A stretch of DNA of 45,875 nt from a virus (taxonomy: Duplodnaviria; Caudoviricetes), in the IMG/VR virus record IMGVR_UViG_3300025018_000024, positions 1 to 45,875 of that record; one strand, 5' to 3'. The number at the start of each line of letters is the position of its first letter. The stretch's first letter is position 1. Positions 36,296-45,846 of this stretch are shown in pieces. The notes under the pieces are model-generated. The model worked only from the letters and a program-made list of their open reading frames with translations. It searched no databases and had not been told where the DNA came from. Position numbers and translations under genes: made by a program.

Positions 36296-37322
36296 GGGGG
36301 GGTGTCGGCTGCGTCGCGGTCCCGAAGGCCGCCAGCGTGCGCGCCTCAAGGTCTGCCGCGCGGTCTGCGATGGCGGGGAGGATGGCGGGGGCGGGGAGGG
36401 GCTCGTCTTCCAGCTTCAGCGCGGAGGTGACAGCGGCGGCGGTGTCGGCGGCCACTTCATCGGCGTGTTCCTGCGCGGTCTGCGGCGGGGGCTGCGGCGT
36501 CGCCACAGGCCACGGCTCAACATCGGGGTCCATCCAGGGAACTTCAACCTCGCGGTCGTTTGGTCGGCCTGGTGGATGCAGGTAGGTCCGCCCGGCCCCG
36601 TCCAAGAAGAGCTCGTCGAGATCGCGCACCTGACCCTCGAGCGGGTAGCTGTCGGGGGCGGTGCGGTTGTCGTAGGTGACGATGCAGGTCTTGCGCACGT
36701 CGGGCGCGATGCCGCTGTCGCGCGCCTCAACAAGCGTGGCCTGCTTGGCGGCGTTGTAGGCGCTCATCAGCTCGGTGCGGACGATGCGCTCGGCTCGCCA
36801 CCTCTCCCCGCCCGCGATGGTCTTCACCTGGTCGGTCAGCTCATCCAGCGTGGTCACGGTGTCAAGCAGGCCCTGCGCGATGGCCGTGGTGATGCGCCGC
36901 CGGATCGCTGCGTCGTAGGCCGCCACAGATGGCGCTGCGGAGTCCAGCCGCGACGCCACAAGCACCTCGTGCGCGACGCGGATGGGGACCGGCGGAAGGG
37001 TGCGCTTGTTCTCCTGCGCCCATGCGCCCAACTCCTCAACCCCATCCAGCTCCGCGGCCAGCACCGCGTTCGTGATGGCGGTGGCGAGCTGGGCGGCGGT
37101 CGCCTTCGTGAAGGTGTAGGCCGCGACGCCCGCCAGCGCGCGCGCCAGCCGGAGCTTGTTCGCCCGATAGCTCCCCGGTGCGGCTTTGGCGATCCGCGCC
37201 GCCAGCGTGTCGATGATGCCCGCCGACACGTCAGAGAGCAGCGGAGCGCCCGGCCCAAGATCGAGCAGCGCGCGCTGATGGTCTTGGGCCATCCGCCGGA
37301 TAGTCGTGGGGAGGCTCGGCAT
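36261..37322 (-). CDS. MuF-family minor head protein
   Basis: WRAERIVRTELMSAYN, DNRT, GQVR..DELF, HPPGRPNDR; directly after the portal. Confidence 0.9.
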   Translation of the reverse strand: MPSLPTTIRRMAQDHQRALLDLGPGAPLLSDVSAGIIDTLAARIAKAAPGSYRANKLRLARALAGVAAYTFTKATAAQLATAITNAVLAAELDGVEELGAWAQENKRTLPPVPIRVAHEVLVASRLDSAAPSVAAYDAAIRRRITTAIAQGLLDTVTTLDELTDQVKTIAGGERWRAERIVRTELMSAYNAAKQATLVEARDSGIAPDVRKTCIVTYDNRTAPDSYPLEGQVRDLDELFLDGAGRTYLHPPGRPNDREVEVPWMDPDVEPWPVATPQPPPQTAQEHADEVAADTAAAVTSALKLEDEPLPAPAILPAIADRAADLEARTLAAFGTATQPTPPRRSAEPVSVAG

Positions 37323-38851
37323 CAGGTCGCTCCGGGCGGGGTCGTGGCCGGCGTCGTGCCGGGCGTGGTTGTGCCCGCCGACTGAAGCGCCTCGATGACC
37401 TGCGCAGCATCATCGCGCCCGAAGTAGGGGATGACCTTTGCCACAGCCATTTCAAACGTGATGAACCCGGCGTCGTAAGCCGTGATGGCATTCGCCAGCG
37501 CCAGCGCCGCATCTGATTCGGTCGGGTCGATGAGCGGACCCCAATTCGTCGTGACGGTGAGGTCGCCCAGCACGCGGAGACCGGCGGGGGTCGCGCCGCC
37601 CAGCGCGGTCGGGGCCGCCAGCATCTTGCGCATCAGCCGCGACAGCCCCGCGCCGTATGAGCCGCGAAGCTCCGCGACCATGACCAGCATCGGGGCGAGC
37701 AGGCGCTCCAACGCGGTCCCCGACAGCGCGCCAGACCACGCGCCGGGGTCGTGCAAGACGACCTGACAGATCTGGGCGGCGGTCATCTTGGCCGTGTTGA
37801 CGAACGTGAGGCCGAGGGTCTGCCCCGCGCCGGTCATCTCCAGCAGCGCAGCATCTGCGCTATGCGTGGCGTTCGGGTCCGTATTCACAGACAACGTGCG
37901 CCCGCCTCCCTTCTTTAAGCTGTCGGCGTCAATCTTCGCGTTTTTGAACACAAGCCACGGGTCTTGATTGTACTGAATCCCGCGGTGCGTCTGGCTGAAC
38001 GTATAGTTCGCCGCGTCGAAGATGTCCCATTCTGCCTCGTCAACGAGCATGAACCCGTCGATGTCTCCGGCCACGAAACCACCGTTGGCGAACCACTCCA
38101 CAGGCACAAAGCCGAAGTCGTGGGTCACGGTGTTTTCCTTGTCCTCTGACCAGGCGATCTTGCGGCTCTTCCCGATCTGGGCGGTCGCGTCATCGTCGCT
38201 GACGGGCTTGAACTCGACCGTGGCTGTGGTGGTCCACAGCCGCCGGTGCCGCATCATCGTGACCTTCCCGGTGTCGGGGTCTTCGTCGAGGCTCATCCAG
38301 TATTCATCAAGCTCAAGCAGATCATCGTACCCGACGCCCGCAGCCCGCGCGCGCGCCCGGTCGTCACGCCCGAATGTCGGCTTACACATCCCGGTCTGGA
38401 TCAGCTCGGTGTAATAAACGCCCTCATCCTGCCCCTCATCGCGCGCATAGTGGAACCCGACCGCCACGCTTGAACAGGTCAGCCCGAGCCTCCCCAGCTC
38501 CGGCAGAAGGGCCTTCAAGCCGGAGCTGGTGTAGATGCCGGCCACGCGGTCGGAGGCGTCTTGCTGCTCGGGCTCGGTCCCGCCCTCAACCGCGAAGGCC
38601 GGGCTGCGCATCTCCCCGAACAGGTAGCTGTTTACGGTGTCGATGAAGAGGCGTTCAAGCCTGACGACCAGCCGCGGGGCGCGCTTCTCAAGCGCGACGC
38701 TCGTATCGTCCCATGCTGGCATATCCTCATATTGCTTCCCCCAATAGCGCCGCAGCGCCGCATTGTGAAGCTCCGCGCGCGATGTGTAACCTCTCTTACT
38801 TGTCATGTCTACGGCCCTCATTAGGTCGATATGTGCTTGTGAGTAGAACAC
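37322..38851 (-). CDS. Portal protein (SPP1 gp6-like)
   Basis: IDTVNSYLFG, HDFGFVPV, SGTALERL; follows TerL. Confidence 0.9.
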   Translation of the reverse strand: MFYSQAHIDLMRAVDMTSKRGYTSRAELHNAALRRYWGKQYEDMPAWDDTSVALEKRAPRLVVRLERLFIDTVNSYLFGEMRSPAFAVEGGTEPEQQDASDRVAGIYTSSGLKALLPELGRLGLTCSSVAVGFHYARDEGQDEGVYYTELIQTGMCKPTFGRDDRARARAAGVGYDDLLELDEYWMSLDEDPDTGKVTMMRHRRLWTTTATVEFKPVSDDDATAQIGKSRKIAWSEDKENTVTHDFGFVPVEWFANGGFVAGDIDGFMLVDEAEWDIFDAANYTFSQTHRGIQYNQDPWLVFKNAKIDADSLKKGGGRTLSVNTDPNATHSADAALLEMTGAGQTLGLTFVNTAKMTAAQICQVVLHDPGAWSGALSGTALERLLAPMLVMVAELRGSYGAGLSRLMRKMLAAPTALGGATPAGLRVLGDLTVTTNWGPLIDPTESDAALALANAITAYDAGFITFEMAVAKVIPYFGRDDAAQVIEALQSAGTTTPGTTPATTPPGAT

Positions 38852-38853
38852 GG

Positions 38854-40377
38854 TTAAGCCGCCTCGTCGAAGATGCTGAAGTCCAGCCGCGTCGGTCGCG
38901 GCGCACCACCGCGCGCGATCTCAGATACCACGCCGTATCGCAGCCCATCAATTGCGTGATCGTCTTCCTTGACGGGCTTCTCCCCGCTGCGGTCCCAGCG
39001 GTAACTCTGGATCTCGCGGATGAGGTTCTTGCAGCCGCGGTGGATCTTTAAGCCCACGCTCAAGACGCCGCGGTCGTCAAGGTGCGGGTACAGCAGCGCC
39101 TGCAAGACCATGATCCCCATGCCGACGCTGTTGTCTGCGCTGCGCATGTCGATGTCTTCATTCTGCGCGGTGAGGATGTGCGCCGCTCCGGCGGGGTCCG
39201 CCCACCATCGCTCAACCCCGCGCCGCTGGGCGGCCTTGTAGCGCATCATCCAGCTATCGGCGGTCGGTCGCGTGGTCGGCGGGGTGATGGGGAGGCCGCG
39301 GGCGTAGTCTTCGCGGTAGGCGTACCAGGTGCCGCGGTCGTCTTGGATCATCTCAACCTGCGTCCCGGCGTTGCCGAGCCCGAAGTCAACGCCCGCGATC
39401 TTCAGCCGCGCAGCATTGAAGGGGACGTCAGCCACGACGTGAATGCTGTCGTCGAAGCTCTCAAAGATCTGGCCGTCGAAGGCGTCGAACGAGGCCTCGT
39501 AGTTGCGGCGGTAGATGGGGCCGGGGAGGCGCAGGCGCGCGCGGGCGGCCTCACGCACCAGGGCGGGGACCGCCGTGTTGTCGGCGGTCGTGAAGTGGAC
39601 GCCCACGAAGTCGGGGTCGCGCTTGGCCGGGTCGTTGCCGAGCTGCGTGCGCTGCCAGACCTCATCATAAAACCAGTTGTAGCCGAGCGGGGTGGTGGAC
39701 AACAACGCCCAGCCCTCCCGGTCGGAGAGGTTGGCGAACAGGTTGTCAGCCCAAGCGTCTTCTTTGAGGCGCGCGGCCTCATCGACCCACAGGCCGTCAA
39801 GGCTGTCGCCCACGAGCAGCTTGCTCTTCTCCGCGCTGCGAAACTCGACCAGCACGCCGCCTTCAAGCCACAGCCGCCCGAGGCTGATGTTCCAGTCAAG
39901 GATGAGGGGAGACCCCAGCCCGCCCAGCACGGCGAAGATCGTGGCCTGCTGAAGCATACCGAGGCGGTATGTCGGCGCGACGCACCAGTACCGCAAGACC
40001 GGCTCAACGTCGGCCCCAAGATGGCGCTTGCCGAGGTAGGGGGGTTCGACCCACTGGCGGCGGGCTTTCGTGGCGAGATCGGTAAAGACGCGCGCCACGA
40101 ACTCATGACCCAGCGCCACCGTCTTCCCTGCGCGGCGGCCAGCGCAGACGGCCACGAACCGCTTGCGCCGCGCCTTGTGCAGCAAGACCTGACGGGCGTG
40201 GGGGCGGTAGTTGCGGAAGAGCTGGATGGTGTCGCCGGCCTGCTGCTGCCCGAGCGTCTTGCGCTGGGCGCGGGCGTAAGCGGAGAGGTCCAGCAGGTCG
40301 GGCTCGCTGACGGGGAGAAAGCGGGCGTCGCTGAAGCCCAACCGCGCAGCGGCATCGTTCGGGGCTTCAATGACCAT
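38854..40377 (-). CDS. terL: Terminase large subunit
   Basis: Walker A GRRAGKT, Walker B LWVDEAA, STTPLG, nuclease GVDFG and DDHAIDGLRY. Confidence 0.95.
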   Translation of the reverse strand: MVIEAPNDAAARLGFSDARFLPVSEPDLLDLSAYARAQRKTLGQQQAGDTIQLFRNYRPHARQVLLHKARRKRFVAVCAGRRAGKTVALGHEFVARVFTDLATKARRQWVEPPYLGKRHLGADVEPVLRYWCVAPTYRLGMLQQATIFAVLGGLGSPLILDWNISLGRLWLEGGVLVEFRSAEKSKLLVGDSLDGLWVDEAARLKEDAWADNLFANLSDREGWALLSTTPLGYNWFYDEVWQRTQLGNDPAKRDPDFVGVHFTTADNTAVPALVREAARARLRLPGPIYRRNYEASFDAFDGQIFESFDDSIHVVADVPFNAARLKIAGVDFGLGNAGTQVEMIQDDRGTWYAYREDYARGLPITPPTTRPTADSWMMRYKAAQRRGVERWWADPAGAAHILTAQNEDIDMRSADNSVGMGIMVLQALLYPHLDDRGVLSVGLKIHRGCKNLIREIQSYRWDRSGEKPVKEDDHAIDGLRYGVVSEIARGGAPRPTRLDFSIFDEAA

Positions 40378-41122
40378 GAGGCCCCTCGGCATCGTCGGGC
40401 GGTCCCAGCTCAACGCCAGACATCTCGACGCTGACGCGCACCACGCGCGTCGCCGTCTCCCCTGGTGCCGATGGCGCGGGCGTGGCGTTCAAGTCGCGCG
40501 CCTCCCGCTCCGCATCCGCGGCCAGCTTGGCGAGCTGCTCATTCTGCTTCTTGTAGCCGGAGGCGGTCAGAAAGACCTGCGCGGCGTAGACACGTTGGGC
40601 GGGGTTGGGTAGCTCCCCCTCCTTGCGCGCCAGCTCGTCGGCCTCTTCATCCGACAGCGGCTTGATCCCCTGCTTCGGGTCTCCGCGCCGCAGCCGCCGG
40701 TAAAGCCCCTCGTCCCGCCCGCGGCGGCCCTGCATCACCTCGATGAGCGATGAGATCGCAAGCTGGATGCCGAGCCGCTTCAGCCCCGCATCTTTCTCCG
40801 CCCACTCCCGCCGCGCGCGCGCCGCGTCCCGCAGCGTCCCGTCTTCAACCTCCCGCTTATGCTCCGCGTCGAAGTGCGCGAACAGCGCCGGCCACCACTT
40901 GCGGATGACGTAATCTTGTAGAGTGCTTTGAGCGTAGGCATAGCCCTCAAGGGCCAGCCGCTCCCTCACCACAGGCCACGTCAACCCCTCCGCGCGTAAG
41001 CGCGCAGCGAGAACCTCGGGCGTGCGCCACGCGCCGCCCCCCTCTTTTGCGGGCAATCCCTCGTAAATACTCGGAGATGATTCACGAGTCTTGTTGGTCG
41101 GTTTCTTCTTTTTTGTCGCCAT
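40367..41122 (-). CDS. Terminase small subunit (putative)
   Basis: N-terminal HTH-like AARLRAEGLTW.V..RL; overlaps the TerL start. Confidence 0.65.
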   Translation of the reverse strand: MATKKKKPTNKTRESSPSIYEGLPAKEGGGAWRTPEVLAARLRAEGLTWPVVRERLALEGYAYAQSTLQDYVIRKWWPALFAHFDAEHKREVEDGTLRDAARARREWAEKDAGLKRLGIQLAISSLIEVMQGRRGRDEGLYRRLRRGDPKQGIKPLSDEEADELARKEGELPNPAQRVYAAQVFLTASGYKKQNEQLAKLAADAEREARDLNATPAPSAPGETATRVVRVSVEMSGVELGPPDDAEGPHGH

Positions 41123-41327
41123 CTTCTGACGTCTCTTGTGGGGTTGGGTCAAGGTATAGATTGTGCTTTAGCTTGAACCTGTGGATGAGCGCGCGCACCT
41201 CATCGCCTACGATGGCGATGAGGTGTGTTGCAGCTTCCTCCGCGGCCTTGTGACAGAAGGTCTCTACCACAGCGCGGAGCAAGGGAGCTGAAGCGGTCGG
41301 GATGCGGGGGAGGTGTGGATGTCTCAC
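41082..41327 (-). CDS. Hypothetical protein (81 aa)
   Basis: Coupled to its neighbours. Confidence 0.5.
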   Translation of the reverse strand: MRHPHLPRIPTASAPLLRAVVETFCHKAAEEAATHLIAIVGDEVRALIHRFKLKHNLYLDPTPQETSEDGDKKEETDQQDS

Positions 41328-41704
41328 CTTGTCCCTCCCCTCATCCTTACGGGCGGCTGCGGCCTGCGCGGGGTCTCGCGTATCAGGCGGTATGGTGTGG
41401 CGGTAAGGTCGGGATCTGGGGTGAGGTGTGGCATCAGGGAGAGGTCACGATGGGCGGCGCTCATCATCAGGCGGTCCCATCCAGCGTCACAGGTCGGGCA
41501 AGCGCAGCCGTAGCGTGTGACGTGCCAGCCCACCAGCCACGCGCCCAGCCGCGCACGCTGGCGGCTCGGCCCCGCGATGATGAGCGGGGCCGAGCGGCAT
41601 GAGGGGACGTCACAGGTGAAGCACCAGGGGCGGGGGCCGAGCGGCGCGGCGGCGTTGCGCCATCTGATGCGGGGGGTCAGCCGCCGGGTCAAGCGGTGGA
41701 TCAT
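41324..41704 (-). CDS. Cys-containing hypothetical protein
   Basis: CDVPSC...GW..ACPTC; ATGA coupling. Confidence 0.55.
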   Translation of the reverse strand: MIHRLTRRLTPRIRWRNAAAPLGPRPWCFTCDVPSCRSAPLIIAGPSRQRARLGAWLVGWHVTRYGCACPTCDAGWDRLMMSAAHRDLSLMPHLTPDPDLTATPYRLIRETPRRPQPPVRMRGGTR

Positions 41705-41781
41705 GGGCGGTTGTCGTTGGCGGTGACGATGTGAAGGATGGCGACGAGCGCCATCCACATGATGATGAGGCATCCCATCAT
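41701..41781 (-). CDS. 26-aa single-TM peptide
   Basis: MMGCLIIMWMALVAILHIVTANDNRP with ACAGGAG RBS and ATGA coupling. Confidence 0.5.
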   Translation of the reverse strand: MMGCLIIMWMALVAILHIVTANDNRP

Positions 41782-41796
41782 GGCTCCTGTGGTTGG

Positions 41797-42756
41797 TCAG
41801 CGTGAGCTTGCGCGACACGCCTGATCGGTCGGGTAGTGGCAATCATCCTGCCCGCAGTAGCCGCAGCGGCGGGCGGGGAAGATCACATCGTGCGCTTCAG
41901 CGACAGCGGCGGCCAGCTCCGCGGGGTCGGGCTGGCCGTCGGCGGTGGTGAAGGTGATGTCGTTGGTGATGGTGACGGTCTGCTCGGGGTGGTTCACCTT
42001 GTGGGCGAGGTCCAGCGCCATGCAATGACCGCACACCAGCGAGCCAGAGGGGTCGGCGGCGGTGTGGACGCGCCAGACGTGGCGGTCGGCCTTGCACTCC
42101 ACACAGCGGCCCCACTCCGCCCCCTCCCCGCCCTCCTCTCCCCGGTGCGTCACCAGGTCAAGGCAAGCAGGGCAGAGAGCATCGTGGTTGAGCGGAGCGC
42201 CGCAGCCAGCCAGCCCGCACAGGCACGCCCAGCGGTCTTGCCCAGAAGCAGCGCCCTCTGTTGCCTTCAACTTCAAATGCAGCTCATGCACCAGGTCTTG
42301 CAGGTCGGCGCGCTTGGCCTTCTCCTCAGTCAGCACATCAAGCCGGGCGGCACTTTCGCGCTTCTCAAGCTCAAGCAGTCGATGCGCCTCCTCAAGTTCA
42401 GCCCGCAGCATGTTTTCCGTAACATACCGCGCCGGGTCATGGGGCGGCTTGGGGGCACTTGCGCGGCGCTCAAGCGCCTCTGCGGTCCGCTGCCACTCCC
42501 CACGCGACGCCTCCGCATGATCGGCGCGCTTCACCAGCTCCGCGTTCTGGTCGATGAGGTCCGCCGCCGCAGCCTGCCACAGCGCCGACCGCGCACGCTC
42601 CGCATCGGCTCGCCCCTGATGCTTATCGATCTGCTCATACAGCGACTTGATGACTTGGTTCTGGCGCTCGATGACATCGCCATCGGGGACGCGGGCGGCG
42701 CATGGCGCGCTGTCGTTAGAGTCGTGGTCGTAGGTGCTATTGTTGTTTTGATTCAT
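41797..42756 (-). CDS. Coiled-coil protein with C-terminal Cys clusters
   Basis: Long heptad region followed by CPAC, CVEC, CGHC and CGYC; GAGGA RBS. Confidence 0.7.
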   Translation of the reverse strand: MNQNNNSTYDHDSNDSAPCAARVPDGDVIERQNQVIKSLYEQIDKHQGRADAERARSALWQAAAADLIDQNAELVKRADHAEASRGEWQRTAEALERRASAPKPPHDPARYVTENMLRAELEEAHRLLELEKRESAARLDVLTEEKAKRADLQDLVHELHLKLKATEGAASGQDRWACLCGLAGCGAPLNHDALCPACLDLVTHRGEEGGEGAEWGRCVECKADRHVWRVHTAADPSGSLVCGHCMALDLAHKVNHPEQTVTITNDITFTTADGQPDPAELAAAVAEAHDVIFPARRCGYCGQDDCHYPTDQACRASSR

Positions 42757-42791
42757 GTTGTCTTGTTCCTCTTTTGGTGTTGTCGGTCGCG

Positions 42792-43283
42792 TCAGCATTG
42801 ACGCCAGCCGTCGTTCTTGCAGGTCGGGCACAGGTCCACCGTTCGATCAAACGAGGTGCCAGCGCGCCCAATGACGCGCTCGGCGGTGATCATGTCATCG
42901 GTCATGCGGAAGCGCGGGGTGTCGGGGTCCAGCGGCTCAAGCAGCTCGATGGCGCGCGCCGCCCACTCTGGCAACGCCTCCCCGGCCTTCGTCGCGCGCA
43001 GGTAGTTCAGGCGGATGATGCGCAGGTAAAGCATCTGGCCGATGGTGTAGCGCCCGCGGCGCAGGTCCAGCGTCGAGGGCGTGAAGATCAGCCAGCCGCG
43101 CGTCTGCGCAAGCCGTCGCGCGGCCTGACCGCCCACCGGGTCCGCAAGGTCGGGCTCGGTCATCCCGCAGCTCGAACAGTACAGCCGGGCGGTCGTCACC
43201 TTGCGCTCGAGCTGGCCGGAGGGGAGGGCGCGCACGATGGGCGCGATGCGGTTGATGTCGTCTTTGGTCAGCTTGTGGTTCAT
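42792..43283 (-). CDS. Hypothetical protein with split CxxC...GW...CPxC zinc site
   Basis: CSSC and CPTC; coupled start. Confidence 0.65.
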   Translation of the reverse strand: MNHKLTKDDINRIAPIVRALPSGQLERKVTTARLYCSSCGMTEPDLADPVGGQAARRLAQTRGWLIFTPSTLDLRRGRYTIGQMLYLRIIRLNYLRATKAGEALPEWAARAIELLEPLDPDTPRFRMTDDMITAERVIGRAGTSFDRTVDLCPTCKNDGWRQC

Positions 43284-43552
43284 CGGGTCATCACCTGGTG
43301 AGGGGCAAGCCGCAGCACGGCGTTGATGCTCGCTGCGGCTTGGGCGGTCGTGTCGGCGGTGCGCTGAAGCGACGCGGCGGCTTCGTTGAGCGAGATCGCC
43401 ATCTCTCGCCATCGCTGCGGGTCCAGCGCGAAGGGCTCAAAGCAGGGCTTGGGGCGCGCGTTGAGCAGCGCCATGATAACACACAGCCGCAGATGTCGCG
43501 CGGCCTGCTGTGGGGTTATTTGGGGCCTTCTGGGCTTGATGCGGGTCATCAT
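43280..43552 (-). CDS. Hypothetical protein (90 aa)
   Basis: Coupled to the MTase stop. Confidence 0.55.
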   Translation of the reverse strand: MMTRIKPRRPQITPQQAARHLRLCVIMALLNARPKPCFEPFALDPQRWREMAISLNEAAASLQRTADTTAQAAASINAVLRLAPHQVMTR

Positions 43553-44952
43553 GTCTTGTCCTTTGTGCGGCGGGGTCGTTTGGGGGTGGGCGCTGGGGTC
43601 GGGGCCGGCGCGGTCGGGGCCGGCGTCGGGGGAGCTTCGGGCGCGGGGAGCGTGGCGATCAGCGTGGTCGTCAGCCCGCGCTGCTTCGCGCGCTCAAGGA
43701 TCGTGGCGAGGTAGGCCGGTGACAGCTCCGCGACAAGGGCGCTGCGGCCTGTGTCCTGCGCAGCCAGCAGCGTTGAGCCAGCCCCGCCGAACAGGTCAAG
43801 CACCACGTCACCAGGCTGCGAGAACAGCTCGATGAGCTGGGCTTGCACCACAACAGGCTTCTGCGTTGGATGCAGCCGCCCCTCCCCTCTCTCTGAATCC
43901 TTCACGCATCCGAACCAGCGATGGCGGATCAGCCGAGCGGGCTTGTCCACATTGACCCATGCTAACTCGAAATCCGAATAGCTATTACTCGGGAGGTCAA
44001 CGCGCTTGTCCCATGCGATGATGCAGGATGACGGGGGTAGCTTGTCCATAAACCAGTTGACTCCCCACCACACCTCAACCTTCGTGAGACCGCGCAGCGG
44101 GGCGGGGTCGAACGCCTCGCCATCCCATATAACGGGCGCGTAGTGCTTTTGTGCCACGTCGAAGTTTCCGCCCTTCCAGCCCTTGCTGTAATTCGCCCAT
44201 GCCTTGCCGCCCTTCGTCGCGCCGATGCCATAGGGCGGATCGTGCAGGCCGAGCGTCGGGGCGATGGGGGAGAGGGCGAGCAGCGCGGCGCGCTCATCCG
44301 CGCTGAAGCTGTCGATGCAGGCGGCGTGATGGGTCAGGCCGGCCCCGTCGATACGCCAGACCTGACCGCGCGCCGTCTGCCACTCCCCTTGCAGCCGGTC
44401 GGCGTCGGGGATCGTGGCGTCGCCATCGTCCTCATCATCGGGCTCATCCTCTCCGGCCTCATCGATGGGGGGCTCGGGCTGGGCGCTGTCCAGCACGTCG
44501 GCCATCTGCCGATCAATGTCCGCGCGCAGCTCGTCAAGGTAGTCGCCATCGTAGCCGGTCCCGGCCAGCCCGCCGCCGTCGGCCATGAGGCCCTCGAGCA
44601 GCTCATGCAGCGCGATGGGGTCGCGCATCCCCAGCTCCGCGGTGCGGTTGTCGGCCAGCATGATCCGCACCGCCTGGTCAGCGTCGCAGTCCACAAACAT
44701 CACAGGGACGCGCGACAGCCCGAGCTGACGCGCCGCCCGCCAGCGGTGTTCTCCGGCGAGGATATGGCCGGTGTCGCGCTGGGCGACGATGACGCCGAAG
44801 AACCCGTTTTCGCGGATGCTCTCGACGATGGCCCCGACGTCGCCTTGATTCGGGTTCGAGGGATGGGGCCGGAGCTGGTCCACCTGCGCGTCTTCGTATC
44901 GCTGCGGGGCGACGGTCGCGGGGCGTTGCTTGGCGGTCTGCTTACGGCTCAT
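43549..44952 (-). CDS. ParB-N domain fused to a beta-class N6A/N4C DNA methyltransferase
   Basis: LRPHPSNPN..ILAGEHRWRAA..LADNRTAE; DPPY, HPTQKPV, VLDLFGGAGST. Confidence 0.93.
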   Translation of the reverse strand: MSRKQTAKQRPATVAPQRYEDAQVDQLRPHPSNPNQGDVGAIVESIRENGFFGVIVAQRDTGHILAGEHRWRAARQLGLSRVPVMFVDCDADQAVRIMLADNRTAELGMRDPIALHELLEGLMADGGGLAGTGYDGDYLDELRADIDRQMADVLDSAQPEPPIDEAGEDEPDDEDDGDATIPDADRLQGEWQTARGQVWRIDGAGLTHHAACIDSFSADERAALLALSPIAPTLGLHDPPYGIGATKGGKAWANYSKGWKGGNFDVAQKHYAPVIWDGEAFDPAPLRGLTKVEVWWGVNWFMDKLPPSSCIIAWDKRVDLPSNSYSDFELAWVNVDKPARLIRHRWFGCVKDSERGEGRLHPTQKPVVVQAQLIELFSQPGDVVLDLFGGAGSTLLAAQDTGRSALVAELSPAYLATILERAKQRGLTTTLIATLPAPEAPPTPAPTAPAPTPAPTPKRPRRTKDKT

Positions 44953-45283
44953 CGGTCTCACCTGCTTGGATGACGGGGACGTCGCCGCCGTCGCCGCCGT
45001 CGTGTTGTCGGATCGGGATGGATGGCGGGGCGGAGAAGGTCACGAGGATGTTCGCCGCGCCGCCGGTCGGGGGATGCTTGCGGGGGGCGAGCCGCACGGT
45101 CACGTCATCGGCCAGCACCGCCCACGCGCTGTCACACAGCGCGACCAGGCGGGGCGCTTCGTTGACGCCGATCCATACCCCGACAGCGAAGCCGCGAAGC
45201 CCCGCGTCAAGCAGGGTGAAGCGCCCACGCTCCCCGATCAGCACCACGCTTTTATTGATCTCAAGCCTTCTGTTCAAAGCCAT
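44942..45283 (-). CDS. Hypothetical protein (113 aa)
   Basis: GGAGG RBS; overlaps both neighbours. Confidence 0.6.
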   Translation of the reverse strand: MALNRRLEINKSVVLIGERGRFTLLDAGLRGFAVGVWIGVNEAPRLVALCDSAWAVLADDVTVRLAPRKHPPTGGAANILVTFSAPPSIPIRQHDGGDGGDVPVIQAGETDEP

Positions 45284-45846
45284 GCGCCAGCCTCCGCGAT
45301 GCGATCACATGCGTCCAACCACAGCTCGCGGCGGCCCACCGCCCACGCTGTGAGGTCTTGCCACTTGATTGACTTCACACCTATGGGCCGCAGCAAAGCG
45401 TGATGTGTCGTGTACCCGCACACCTTGCCCTCCGCGCTCACAGGGAGGATGTAGTCTTGCCCGTCAATGCCGATGCTGGTGGCCCTGACGTACACAAAGC
45501 ACACCGCGCCCATCCGCGCGCGGCGCTGCATCAGCGCGAGCTGCTCATCGCTGATGAGCTTCAGGTCAAAGCGCGTCGCGCTGTCGGTTGACTTGGCCTC
45601 GAACATGACCGCGCGCCCACCTTCAAGCACGCCGTCAAAGTCCACGCCGCTCGCCTTGACGCGCGCGCAGCGCATCAGCGCGGGGTTCGTCGGGTCAGGC
45701 CCAAGCACCTTGAGAGGGTTCGGGCGCTTCTCGTAATCGACGCGGGGGAAGAGGGCCGGGCGCTGGTCTTCAAGGAACGCCTCGAGCGCGTTCCCGCGCT
45801 TCGTCTTGAGCTTCCCGGCCTGCTGTCTTGTGCGGGGCGCTGTCAT
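45274..45846 (-). CDS. RecU-like Holliday junction resolvase
   Basis: RGNALE, VDFDGV..GRAVMFEAKST, EQL..M...GAVCF; GAGGTGA RBS. Confidence 0.88.
   Translation of the reverse strand: MTAPRTRQQAGKLKTKRGNALEAFLEDQRPALFPRVDYEKRPNPLKVLGPDPTNPALMRCARVKASGVDFDGVLEGGRAVMFEAKSTDSATRFDLKLISDEQLALMQRRARMGAVCFVYVRATSIGIDGQDYILPVSAEGKVCGYTTHHALLRPIGVKSIKWQDLTAWAVGRRELWLDACDRIAEAGAWL

Noticed and set aside
31355-40434. Long plus-strand ORFs (e.g. 31355..32446, 32459..33559, 36171..37385, 39082..40434)
   Set aside because: These are antisense shadows of high-GC3 minus-strand genes, with no motifs or RBS.
44600-44952. ParB as evidence of a plasmid partition system
   Set aside because: It is only the ParB-N domain fused to a methyltransferase, a common phage arrangement; no ParA or HTH is seen.
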